The notes beneath the pieces were generated by a model. The model was not told where the DNA came from. It ran no database searches and worked only from the letters and a program-made list of their open reading frames with translations. The position numbers and the translations under genes are program-made. From Selaginella moellendorffii (lineage: Eukaryota; Plantae; Lycopodiophyta): a stretch of DNA of 64,000 nt. Location of the stretch: positions 2,163,048-2,227,047 of the forward strand of contig NW_003314270.1 in assembly GCF_000143415.4 (NCBI RefSeq), given 5' to 3'. Shown here piece after piece: positions 37,857-50,823 of the stretch; the first letter of the stretch is position 1, and every line of letters begins with the position of its first letter.

Positions 37857-38964
37857 TGTAAGCGACTAAATTTTCCATTCTACTTTAGTCACTTAACCAC
37901 ACCTCCGACCACTTGGAGGAGTCTCATTCACAACCTCCATAAGTCCAATCCAGGACTTGGGACTTGCTAGCCCCGAGAATGGCATCCATGCCACTCAACA
38001 TTTGCACTTGGTCCAAGTGCTCCACGTGTCCGATCTCATGACCGACACTCAAAGGTACCACCGACATGCCAGCCCGTTACGCTAAGGCCATGCCCAATCA
38101 CCTTTGCCACACTGGTAGTCCATTACCACTTGCATCACAGTCTTAGCTCTCCAAGACTAGGCAAACCATCCGTGAGTGGTCATCTCAGATCCACTCCTTA
38201 GCACCCTTAGGATGCCCACCGACAAGGGGAATAGCCTTCCCCAATATCCCTCTGTCAGTCCCCACTAAGTCCCTTTCTGCCACTGGCCATGTTTGCCAAC
38301 ACTGCCACTGGATCGAGACCCACAGGCCTGACCACCAAGTCCCACGGTCCTCTGGGACTTCCTCACCACACGACTGTGTCCTTTGTCACTACCCTAGAGG
38401 ACTGCTCCTCTTCCTTTCCACAGTCTGGGCCTTTGGGGCAACATTTCGGAACACCGTGGCCTTACGCGAGCCACCTGGGTACTCTCCTCGCCTTCTGCCC
38501 TTGGGTGCTCTAGCCATGGGCTTAGAGCAGGTTCCGTTGAGCCACACCAGGTATCCAAGTAGGTAGTGCCACCCACACTTGGACTGGGAGCATCGGCCAA
38601 TCGATCTCCCGGGGGAACTAGAGCCGGCTCTTGAACACTTCACCAAGCTACCCCGCTTGTCGGTCCGTGTTCACTCTAGTCTTGGACTTCCCAGTGGGCA
38701 GCTCATCACCCAACACTGGGTCCGGCCTTCCTGGGCCAAACTAGCCTTTCCTGGCCAAACTGGCTCCACTGCAGTCCTCCCCCTACTATACTTTTGGAGC
38801 TCACCAAACCCCCCAGGGTCTGGGAGACGAACGCTTTGGGCTTTCACCCTCTCAGGCTCCGGACTCGGACTCGGACTCGGACTCGGACTCGGATTCGGAT
38901 TCGGACTCGGACTCGGGCTCGGGCTCGGTCTCGGCCTCGGCTTTGGTCTCGGTCTCGGTCCTGA

Positions 38965-38996
<32 letters not shown>

Positions 38997-41900
38997 CCGG
39001 TCTCGGTCTCGACTTCGGACTCCATCTCGGACTCCATCTCGGACTCCATCTCGGACTCCATCTCGGGTCCATCTCGGGTCCATCTCGGACTCCATCTCGG
39101 ACTCCATTTCGGGTCCATCTCGGGTCCATCTCGGACTCCACTTCGGACTCCAACTCGGGTCCACCTCGGACTCCACTTCGGACTCCATCTCGGACACTCC
39201 CACGTGTCATGTGTTGGTCCCTTTGGGTCCCTTTTTGGAGCCTCGCCTTTTGCTCGCTTCGTGCTCGTTCCTCGAGCACTTCGTTGGGAGTTCCACTCCC
39301 GCTCTTGACTTTTCAAGTCGGAGCTTTTGGTCCAAACGTGTTACGCTCGTTTGGCTCTCGCTTCAGCCACTACCACGTGGCACCCTTTCCGGCTCCACTT
39401 TGGGGCCTAGGGATTTTGTGTCTCACAACTCCACCACCCATAGACGAAGTTCGATGTCCTCATCGAACGGTAAATCATTTTGTAAAGTAACACTTGCATG
39501 TATTACCATTTCCATCCTTGGCACCTAGCCAATATTTGTCAATGGTTTGACATTGAAAGCTCACCATGCCTTTTGCATATGCCTCAATGGTTTGACACCA
39601 AAGGCTCACCATGCCTTGCCTATCTTATAAGGAGGGTAGTCTCCCCAACTTAGAGACTGATTGGACCACATGTAGTGGTTCTCTCCTTTTATTGGTTTAG
39701 TTCTCGCTAAACCTCTTAGAGACCCTTCTCTAAGTCAATCCCACTACTCCTTCTTGAGTAGTCTCAATTTCCATCTATTGAATGTTTGCACCTTGGAACT
39801 TTTACTCTTTTGACTTTTGGAAGTCAATTTCCTAGGTGTCTCCAACACCTTGCATTGCACAGATTGTGCGACTCCACTTCCCTATCCTAGGAAGTTCATT
39901 ACTTGAGGGCACCATCATCCTCTCTTTTATTTCGTGCCACCTTAGGCACTAAGTTCCATTTATCACACTTTGTGCTAGGGTTGTCCATCGCCCTATCATT
40001 TGGCTACCTTACCGCTCCCTCCCTTGGAGCTTCCACTTTCGCCAAATCGGAGCAATTCGGAATCCATTGGAAACACACTTCCTTTCCCGCAATTTGTTAG
40101 CGTCTAACACATTAGTGTTCCTCGCCTAACTTTGTCACTTGGATTCCTTCCCAGGGATTCCACGGCCCTATCTTGGCCACTCATCTTTTGCTCCTATCCT
40201 TGATTGTTGCACCCAGCAACATCGGATCGCTACCTCCATTTTTGAGGTATCCTTTCAGTTCCATAGCAAAGACTCTTCTTTGCCATGTCCGGAGGATGTT
40301 CACCCCTAGTATGTCTCTTTTAGCATCTTCTGCTATGGGCTCTATCCATGGCCCAACTTCGTGACCCTCCCATGGGTCTTTTATAGAGACTACTTTCCTC
40401 GGACTCACTATGCCATCGGACGGACATAGTTTATTTCCCTTAGGTGCTCTTCCCACTTGGTCATCACGACCAAGCCACACCATCTTAAACAGTTCAATTT
40501 CAACATTTTGAACCAGGAACTTCATTCCTTAGCCAACCAAGGACCTTGTCCTTATCTGGCCATAAGATCACCTAGTGATCTCACCTTGGCACCTTAACAG
40601 AGTTGCCAAGAGGCACTTGGTCTTCTAGACTTCCAAGTTGTTGACTATAACCCCGGGGGCATCCCCCACACTTGGCGGTGCACCCAAGCTAGCCCTTACG
40701 GCCAAGGGTTCATAGCAACTGAGATTAGGTGTCCCCATCTCACTCACCACGACCTTGGTGCCACTTGCACCAAAGCGTTCAAGTTAGATATGCCGAGCTT
40801 TCACACTAAGCAATCTAACCGTGCATCACGACTCCGAGGCATCCCTCGCTTGGCGGTGTGCCCAAACCAGTCTCCCCACTGAGAGTCCATGACCACCGAA
40901 ATATAAGTGTCCTCATATTCCAAACCATCACCACGCCCTAGTGATTTGGGACTCGAACCCAAGCACTAGAGGGTCGGGACTCGAACCCAACCTCCGTATA
41001 TGCATTTACGGACGGCATCACACAAGATGCCTGGCGTGACTCCCCACGCCGGTGCACCAACTTATTTTTAAAGCGCGCTACAGATCACAGCTTAGGAACC
41101 TAGTTCCTCCACACTGCCAAGTCCTCTCACTTGACATGTCTGTGATCATGCATGGACTCCTCTATGCTCGGCCCCATGGCCAACCCTTTTTGAAGTTATC
41201 ACCTTCAACTAGGGTATTTGTTCCCCCGACGTGCCAATCTCGGTTGGCAAGTCCTCTGACCACTGTAACATGGTTCCTGCATAAGCGTGAAAGTCCTTGA
41301 CCAACGACTTTCGTTCAAAGCCCTCTCTTTGAACACTCGGGAACTACTTCCCTAACCTTGATAGCCTTGCCTCATGGCAAGCTTCAAGACCACGCTTCTG
41401 CTGCGCCACTCTAATTTCGCGCGTTCCATGAACCATTTACACTTGGCCTTTCTAGGTGCTAAGCTACCTAGAATCGTCTTTGGGAACCTTGAAGGAACTC
41501 TGTCCCTCAGCTTGCTAAGGCCTCCCTTTTTGCAAGCCTTCAAAATGCCACATAGTCTAACATGGACAATTCCATATTTTAGACTCTCCATGGCATCACG
41601 GTTGCTAGCGGCAACACCCTTGAGCCCCCACTTGATTCTCCACTCCCAGCTGGCATAACCAACCTTGGTTATGCCCTTTGATTCCTATCGTTCGGTTCTA
41701 TCCCCTTACTTCTTGCTTTTTGGCTTCACACCTTTCCTTTGGTCATTCTCCTCCAGACCAGGAGGATAGCTTTGCACTTTCTATCACGCTTTAGCAAGTA
41801 TTCTTAGGGATGAACCTACCCAATAGCCTAGGGAGTGGTTCCTCAATCCGGGTATGCTCACCTTATAATCCCACACACTGGGATTACATTGTTGCTTATG

Positions 41901-44900
41901 GGCCTTTACAGGCCCATCACTAGCCTTGCCAAAATTCCATTTTTGGCTTCGTCCAACTCGGGTAGACAGTCCTCTCTTGTCTCCGCAACCTTGGACATTT
42001 GGATAGCACCTTCTATCCATCATTCGCTAGGGACTTAGTCCCTTGGGCTTTATCCATTGCCCTCGCGACATCAAACACCACCTTCTGGTGTTCTAGAGTG
42101 TCCGGGTGTCCCAATGATGGCTTTCTTGACAATGAGTATTTCCTTTTATGACATTGACTTACTATATCGCAACACAAGCAACTTATCCCCCATAAGGGTA
42201 TATCCAACTTCCTTATGCTATTAAGAAGTCTTGGGTAGTTACCTTCTACCCGTTTAACCAGTTATTTTGCACCTCTTGCTTAGTTGCCTCATAGTTGTCA
42301 AGTCCTACAACTCATTGCTTGGTGCTTTCACACCCCCATCATTATCTGGGTCACCACACTCCAACTGCATGCTCTACAGCTTAGGCTATGCCATTCCCAT
42401 TTCCATTGGGATTCCTTTGGCAAGGGGTTCTCATGAACCCACCAACATAGCCTCAAGGTATCACACCTTGGCACATTTGGTGTCTCCACACCATCGGCTC
42501 CACGAGCCTACCTCTATGACATTTCCCTTTCGTGTCTAAGTCTTTGCCAAGACCAACACCGCTCTTTCTCATGCCAACCATCCGTTAGCACTGCCCCATA
42601 GAGGTCATACACAACTTTATGTCAAAGTTGTTTTCTTCTGGGAACACCTTTCCCATAACTTTAGCATGGCACATTTTGCCATCGATGAGATACCCTCTGT
42701 TCTCATCCTTGGATCCTATGATCCCCCCCCATCCTTTGTGGGGTACAACACACCTCAGTCCAAATGCTTCCATCAGTCCTTTTAGGACCATCCCTTGACT
42801 CTACTTGAGTCATCCAGCAGTTTTGGACTTGGTTAATCCACAGACCCGTAAAGTCCTACTTGTGAGGCACTAGCTCACTGGAATACACTTCTTGCATTCC
42901 TGTTCTACTCAAAAGGACTATTTTCACAAGTGTTACTCCGACACTTGATTTTGTTCTCTGGGGGCAACTTTTGCCCCTTAGGACTACTTGTCCATGTGAT
43001 GAGAATACCACTCATCTCTAAGTACACCCCCCAACTCCTTGGGTTGTTCCAGCATTTATTAAAGGTAGCCCCGGCTACCATTTCAAGGACTTGAGTCCTC
43101 TTCCGTATTTGACCTTCCACGGTCATTACCTTTGGTCTCATATTCATGAGCACCAACCTCAACTATATGAGGATAATCTTGTGACTCCTTTATTGTTTTG
43201 GAGTCTCTATCTTTCCCGTGATCCCAACTTTAGTTGTTTACCACAACAACCTTAGATAATTTGCTGAGACAAATGCTCATCCGGATCACCTCCTCAACTC
43301 AATGAGGAAAACCTTGCACTGTTCCCAAGATCCCAAAGTCGTTCCATTATTGGCCCTTTTCTATCCACCACCTCGTCTACAAGTTCACACATGAACTGTA
43401 ATGGAGAGCCATGTCTTCCCGACTTGCTACTCCTCAAGGATAGGCCCACTCCTCGGACCTTCCGATGCCAACACTAGTGGTGATATACTTGAGCACCAAT
43501 AAAAGTCAGACTAAGGAACAGCTCCGATACCAAATTGTAAGCGACTAAATTTTCCATTCTACTTTAGTCACTTAACCACACCTCCGACCACTTGGAGGAG
43601 TCTCATTCACAACCTCCATAAGTCCAATCCAGGACTTGGGACTTGCTAGCCCCGAGAATGGCATCCATGCCACTCAACATTTGCACTTGGTCCAAGTGCT
43701 CCACGTGTCCGATCTCATGACCGACACTCAAAGGTACCACCGACATGCCAGCCCGTTATGCTAAGGCCATGCCCAATCACCTTTGCCACACTGGTAGTCC
43801 ATTACCACTTGCATCACAGTCTTGGCTCTCCAAGACTAGGCAAACCATCCGTGAGTGGTCATCTGAGATCCACTCCTTAGCACCCTTAGGATGCCCACCG
43901 ACAAGGGGAATAGCCTTCCCCAATATCCCTCTGTCAGTCCCCACTAAGTCCCTTTCTGCCACTGGCCATGTTTGCCAACACTGCCACTGGATCGAGACCC
44001 ACAGGCCTGACCACCAAGTCCCACGGTCCTCTGGGACTTCCTCACCACACGACTGTGTCCTTTGTCACTACCCTAGAGGACTGCTCCTCTTCCTTTCCAC
44101 AGTCTGGGCCTTTGGGGCAACATTTCGGAACACCGTGGCCTTATGCGAGCCACCTGGGTACTCTCCTCGCCTTCTGCCCTTGGGTGCTCTAGCCATGGGC
44201 TTAGAGCGGGTTCCGTTGAGCCACACCAGGTATCCAAGTAGGTAGTGCCACCCACACTTGGACTGGGAGCATCGGCCAGTCGATCTCCCGGGGGAACTAG
44301 AGCCGGCTCTTGAACACTTCACCAAGCTACCCCGCTTGTCGGTCCGTGTTCACTCTAGTCTTGGACTTCCCAGTGGGCAGCTCATCACCCAACACTGGGT
44401 CCGGCCTTCCTGGGCCAAACTGGCCTTTCCTGGCCAAACTGGCTCCACTGCAGTCCTCCCCCTACTATACTTTTGGAGCTCACCAAACCCCCCAGGGTCT
44501 GGGAGACGAACGCTTTGGGCTTTCACCCTCTCAGGCTCCGGACTCGGACTCGGACTCGGACTCGGACTCGGATTCGGATTCGGACTCAGACTCGGGCTCG
44601 GGCTCGGTCTCGGCCTCGGCTTCGGTCTCGGTCCCGGTCCCGGTCTTGGTCTCGGTCTCGGTCTCGGTCTCGGTCCCGGTCTCGGTCTCGACTTCGGACT
44701 CCATCTTGGACTCCATCTCGGACTCCATCTCGGACTCCATCTCGGGTCCATCTCGGGTCCATCTCGGACTCCATCTCGGGTCTATCTCGGACTCCATCTC
44801 GGACTCCATTTCGGGTCCATCTCGGACTCCATCTCGGACTCCATTTCAGGTCCATCTCGGGTCCATCTCGGACTCCATCTCAGACTCCATCTCGGGTCCA

Positions 44901-45303
44901 TCTCGGACTCCATCTCGGACTCCATCTCGGACTCCATCTCGGGTCCATCTCGGGTCCATCTCAGACTCCATCTCGGACTCCATTTCGGGTCCATCTCGGG
45001 TCCATCTCGGACTCCACTTCGGACTCCAACTCGGGTCCACCTCGGACTCCACTTCGGACTCCATCTCGGACACTCCCACGTGTCATGTGTTGGTCCTTTT
45101 GGGTCCCTTTTTGGAGCCTCGCCTCTTGCTCGCTTCGTGCTCGTTCCTCGAGCACTTCGTTGGGAGTTCCACTCCCGCTCTTGACTTTTCAAGTCGGAGC
45201 TTTTGGTCCAAACGTGTTACGCTTGTTTGGCTCTCGCTTCAGCCACTACCACGTGGCACCCTTTCCGGCTCCACTTTGGGGCCTAGGGATTTTGTGTCTC
45301 ACA
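37857..45303 (-). mobile_element. non-autonomous LTR element (family C) inserted in the family B 5' LTR; LTRs 37857-39427 and 43536-45303
   Basis: TSD ATGGG (37852-37856 / 45304-45308); PBS and PPT identical to family B; 4.1-kb interior without long ORFs. Confidence 0.95.
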
Positions 45304-48300
45304 ATGGGACCAAGTCGAGGATCGAGTCCAAGACCGACTCTAGGACCGAGTTCGAGATAGAGTCTGGAATCGAGTCCGAGACCGACTCGGGGACCGAGTT
45401 CGAGTCCGAGTTCGAGACCGAGTTCGAGACGGAGTCCGAGATCCGAAATCGGGTCCGAGACCGAGTCCGAGGTCGAGTCCGAGGTCAGGTCTGAGATCGG
45501 GTCTGAGATCGAGTCCGAGACCGAATCCGAAGTCGGATCCGAAATCGGGTCCGAGATCGAGCCAGAGACTAAGTCCAAATACTAATACGGGTCAAGGGGT
45601 GAAAGCCCAAAGCGTGCGTCTCCCAGGGGGGGGGGGCTGCAGGGGGTTCCAAAAGTATAGTAGGGATAGTGAGGTCCAGGAACCAGTTTTGAAGGGACTC
45701 TCCAGTTGGGCTTCCAAACCGACTTGAGGTTGAGACTGGGACCGAGGGGCCTTGGGTGGGAGTGAGCATGGACTTGGCTGGTGCCGGAGGGGCCATCCAA
45801 GGAAGTGCTCAAGAGCAACTCCCACCCCCGAAAGGGAAACCGACTGCGGTGCTCCCGGCTCAGGTGGAGTGGTGCCCCACTTGAGTACCTTGTGGCTCAT
45901 TGGTCCTCGCCCTTCCGGGGGCTTGGGCCTTCCCTTCGGGATGGAAGAGGGGGGGTAGAGGTACACATACCAGGCCGTTAGGCCACGGTGTTTCGCCCCG
46001 ACGTCCCGAAGCAAGTGCTGCACCCAAGGCTTGGGATTTAGAGGGTCCCATGATCAAGTCTTGTGGTACCAAGGGGTGTTAGGAATCTGGAGGCTTGGTG
46101 TGCTTGGCTGCTTGTGCCTGCGGGGAGTGTAGCCGAACATTAAGTCCAGTCTAACCCGGGGAGGGGGATTGGGAGAGATTTGGGAATCCGTAGATGGATG
46201 GCTAACACTCCGTTGCTCGTGCAGTGAGTAGCTGAAACCAAGTAGGACCAAGTAGGAGATGGTACCATAGGCGAGAACCTTGGCGAGGGAACTTAGCACA
46301 AGCCAAGGCAGAGTTGGTCGGATGGACGAGGTAAGCTGGCAAATTGGAAAGGAAAAATTTGTGGCTTACAATTTGGTATCGGAGCCTCTTCCTCAGTTCT
46401 AGTGAAGGATAGAGGCGGATTGCTGGGAGATGGCAAAGGCAGGGCATAAGCGAACCCAAGCAGAGACAGAACCTCCGCCAGAGCTGGAGCCTCCAGTCGA
46501 ACAAGAGGATATGGATGAGGAATCCTTGCATGAGGAGGACTCCAGTGAGGAAACTTCCAAACAGGAGTCCGGTGGCGAGGTTCGGTCGTCCAAGGCTTGA
46601 TTGGACGTTCTAGAAGGACAATTGGCGCAGACTAATGCCCTGCTAGAGACTCTCGTGCGCAAGCTAAAGCGTGACGAGAAGCGGAAGAAAAAGCAAAAGA
46701 CTGCGGATGCTGGCAGCGCAGAAGGTGCGGACCCATCGGCAGGGATTGAGGCAAAACCAGACAAAGTCGAACAGACCGAAGTGGAATCAGTCCCTCAAGC
46801 AGTTCCCAAGTACAAACCAAAGCCCCCACCGGTCTTCAAGGGAGTGAACGACTATAAGGTGGTGGAGGATTGGTTTTACGATATGGAGGACTACTTCCGA
46901 GCGTTGCGATTACCGAGCTCGGAGAAGGTCCCATGTGCGAAACCATACTTGGCAGATAATGCCAAGTCTTGGTGGAGAACTACAGAGGCCAACGAAGAAC
47001 CGGTGGCCACTTGGGAAATGATGAAGGCGAGGATCCATGCAACTTACGTTCCTCCGAATGCTACTCTGCACCTAAGGGACGAGCTGAGTAGGCTGAAGCA
47101 GACCGGAACCATTCAGGAGTATGTGAATGGGTTTATGGCAAAGAGGATACTTGTCACGGACATGGGGGATATGGATGCGTTCCATGCCTTCATATCAGGT
47201 TTGCAAATCTGGGCTTGTGGCGAAGTAATGCGGTGGAACCCGACCAACTACAAGGAAGCGTTGGATGCGGCCATCAAGGTGCATTTCAACGATAACCTGC
47301 GAAAGGGGAACACGACGGGGTTGGGATCCACATTTAGCAAAGGGGCCAAACCAAGGGGAACATTTAGCAGAGGGAAATTCAAGAGGAGTTTCTCTAAGAA
47401 TGAGTCCTCGGGGTTCCGGAAAGGCAAATCCGGTGGCCAGCGAGCGAGTATGTGGGGGAGTCAAGCGAAAAGAGACAAACCCATGGATAAGAAGGTCAAG
47501 TCGTATAGCAGCGTGGGAAACAACGTATGCTACAACTACGGTGAAGCGGGACACTTCTCGAGGGAATGTCCCTACCCGAAGAAGGCCAGAGCCAATATGG
47601 CCATCAAGTCGGGTGAAGTCCAAACAGAGGTATGTGATCCAGTCCCTAATTCAAAGTTACTCATTACAGGAGCAACTTTGGTAGAGAGTCGTTCGCGACA
47701 TCTACTAACCCTCCGAGGGAAGCTTGGAGGTAGCTTTGTTAAAATCCTTATTGACACGGGTGCTTCGGATAATTTTGTGGCTGCAGACATAGTCCGGCAA
47801 GCCGGACTAACGGTGCAGCGGCTAGGCGAACCAAGGACTATAGAGTTTGTTCAAGGTAGCCAAAGCACCGATGAGGTACTTCGACAAGCGAGAGTTGAAG
47901 TGGGGACTTGGAAGGTGGACATGGATTTCACCGTGTTGGACATGGCGGGATTTGACGTGATCTTCGGAATGGACTGATTCAATCGATTCGTGGTAGCCCT
48001 GCATGGACAAGGTAGAAACCTTGTGGTACCAAGGAAGAATGCCCAAGGAAGAAGATCTAGGGTGGAGGCCCAAGATCTAAAGGTAGGGCAAAGCAAGGCC
48101 AAAGATTCTTGCTTAAACCTGGTGTCCACGAGAGGACAACTCACTAAAGGAACTAAGGCGGCCTTTTTGTGCTTACTCTCGGTGAAGAGTGACAAAAAGA
48201 CAGGAATGGAAGAAGTACCTTTAGTGATCCAGCGGGTGTTGGACCAATTCCAGGATACCATGCCGCAGGAGTTACTGGCGGGGCTACCCCGAGCACGACC

Positions 48301-50307
48301 GATAGAACATAAGATTGAGCTGGTCGAGGGTGCTGAGGCAGTGGTTCGTCCCCCTTATCGTTTGAACGAAAAAGAACTCAAGGAGCTCAAGTGCCAACTA
48401 GAGGAGTTGGTGGACAAAGGGTATGTTAGGTTGAGCAAGTCGCCGTATGGGGCGCCGGTGTTATTTGTGAAAAAGAAAGATGGATCTATGCGCATGTGCA
48501 TAGACTACCGCTTGCTCAACAAGTATACAAAGAAGAACAAGTACCCTTTGCCAAGGATTGAGGACCTGTTCGATAGGTTAGGAAAGGCAAAATACTTCTC
48601 GAGGATTGACCTAAGGTCAGGATACTACCAAATCAGGGTAGCCGAGGAAGATGTCGAGAAGACAACCTGTCGAACGAGGTATGGGAGCTTTGAGTTTCTG
48701 GTGATGCCCTTCAGGCTATGTAATGCGCCGGCAACGTTTTTCGGCGCTAATGAACCACATCTTTGTACCCTATCTGGATCACTTCGTGGTCGTCTATATC
48801 GACGACATCCTGATCTATAGCGAGACGCTAGAGGAGCATGCCGAACACTTGGCGAAGGTGTTTGAGAAACTAAGGGAACACAAGCTGTATGCTAAAGAGA
48901 GCAAATGTGACTTTGCTCAACAAGAGGTAAAGTTTCTCGGGCATGTGGTGGGCAAGGACGGGCTCAAGGTGGACCCGGAGAAGGTCCAAACGATCTAGGA
49001 ATGGGAGCGACCATCCAATGTACACGAGTTGAGGGCATTCCTGAGGCTATGCAACTACTATCGAAAGTTTATCAGACACTATTCGAGAGTAGCCCTGCCC
49101 TTAACGGACCAAACAGGAAAAGGGAAGATGGTGTGGACAGCGGAATGCGAGGCGGCATTCGTCCACCTCAAAGGGAAGTTGAGGAAGGCTCCCGTATTGG
49201 CATTACCAGACTTTGGTAAGGACTTTGAGGTAGAAACAGATGCTTCGGACTTTGCGTTGGGCGCAGTTTTGAAGCAAGACAACCATCCGGTAGCGTTCTT
49301 CTCGAAGAAGCTGGACAAGGCTCAACGGAAGTGGCCTGCCCACGAGAAGGAATTGTTTGCGGTGGTCAAGGCGCTCAAGGAGTGGCGACACTACCTTGGG
49401 AGACACTTCAAGGTTTACACGGACAATGTGGCAATGAAACACTTCTTGTCACAGCCCGACCTAAGAGGGAAAAAAGGCCGGTGGGCCAATGCCTTGGCCG
49501 AGTTTGATTGCGAAATTCTGTACAAGCCTGGGAAGAGCAACATCGTGGCGGATGCACTAAGTCGAAAAGCGAGCTTGAGGTTGGCAATATCCAGCGCAAC
49601 AGCAACCTTCTGGGACGATGTGCGGACAGCATATGAGAACGATGGTCTAGCACAGGAAGTGTTGCTGAGGAATCTAGAGGCGCGGGAAGCTCACTAGAGA
49701 GGTGAGCCGCCAACGAAAGAGAAAACGGGCTATGCGGAACGCAACGGACTCATTTATTACAAGCAAATGAGGGTGTATGTTCCAGAAGGGGAACTAAGGA
49801 AGGTGGCCTTAGAAGAGTGTCATGACGGACCTCTTGCGGGACACGGTGGAGTGCCCAAGACGATGGGCTTACTCAAAAGGAAGTACCATTGGCCAGATAT
49901 GGCTAAGGACGTCCAAGACTATGTAAAGACATGTCCAACATGTCAGCAGGTAAAAGCCGTGACTAAGGCTAGTGGGGGCTTGTTGCAAAGCATCCCAATT
50001 CCAGATCGCCCGTGGAAATGTCTTACGATGGACTTCATCACGGGACTCCCCCTAAGCGAGGGGTTTGATGCGATATTCGTGGTGGTGGACCGATTTTCGA
50101 AAATGGCACACTTCATACCCACCACAACGGAGGTGGATGCGGAAGGTGTGGCAAAGCTGTTCTTCGAACAAGTGGTCCGAGTGCGGGGAAGACCGGAAGA
50201 GATCATCTCAGATCGAGATAAGATCTTCACCAGTAGGTTCTGGAGGACTCTCCTGGAACAGTATCGCACCAAGTTGAAATTCAGCACAGCCTATCACCCA
50301 TAGACAG

Positions 50308-50353
50308 GTATGGGGTATTGAGTCAAGTTGTTGGCACTAACACTTCTTGACAG
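50308..50353 (+). other. 46-nt GT-AG intron 1 in retrotransposon integrase core
   Basis: AG|GTATGG...CACTAAC (branch point) ACTTCTTGACAG|; removal restores HP*TD/G*TERVNRQLEDYLRCYV (consensus HPQTDGQTER). Confidence 0.85.
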
Positions 50354-50771
50354 ACGGATAAACGGAAAGGGTGAATAGGCAGCTGGAGGATTATTTGCGA
50401 TGCTATGTCTCGGGAGACCAGACCGATTGGGTAAGTCATTTGGGACTTGCGGAAATGTGTTATAACAACTCACCACATTCGAGTATCGGGGTGAGTCCAT
50501 GGGAAGTCATCAATGGGTGAGCTATTGAAGGTCCTGTGGAACTCGGCGTGGCCGAGTATCATGGAGAGTTGCCCGCAGTGGAGGCATTCACGGCGGAAAG
50601 ACTCAGCATTTGGAATCTAGTGAGGGATTCCTTGGAACGGGCTCAACAAAGGCAAACCAAATACGCGAACCAGCAGCGTCGGGATGTAGAGTTCCAAGCT
50701 GGGGAGAAGGTGTGGCTGAACACCAAGAACCTCAGACTACCAAGTGGGATCAGCCGAAAGTTGACCCAAAG

Positions 50772-50823
50772 GTAAAGATGCATGTATTCCTGTAAATGAA
50801 TTGATCTTGAGTTCCTTAAGCAG
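50772..50823 (+). other. 52-nt GT-AG intron 2 in integrase C-terminal (GPY/F) region
   Basis: AG|GTAAAG...TTCCTTAAGCAG|G; removal restores RKLTQRFAGPYEIEARIGKVAY. Confidence 0.85.

Noticed and set aside
44538-45070. Regular repeats as a CRISPR array
   Set aside because: No unique spacers; eukaryotic LTR tandem repeats.
38579-45578. Long ORFs with GL, SD, RS and SISD repeats (e.g. 38579-39490, 44258-45184, 44310-45494)
   Set aside because: Translations of stop-free hexamer/dodecamer arrays inside LTRs; not evidence of genes.
49695-49767. AG|GTGAG after RNase H as a third retrotransposon intron
   Set aside because: The frame continues through to the integrase without any removal; only a point stop is present.
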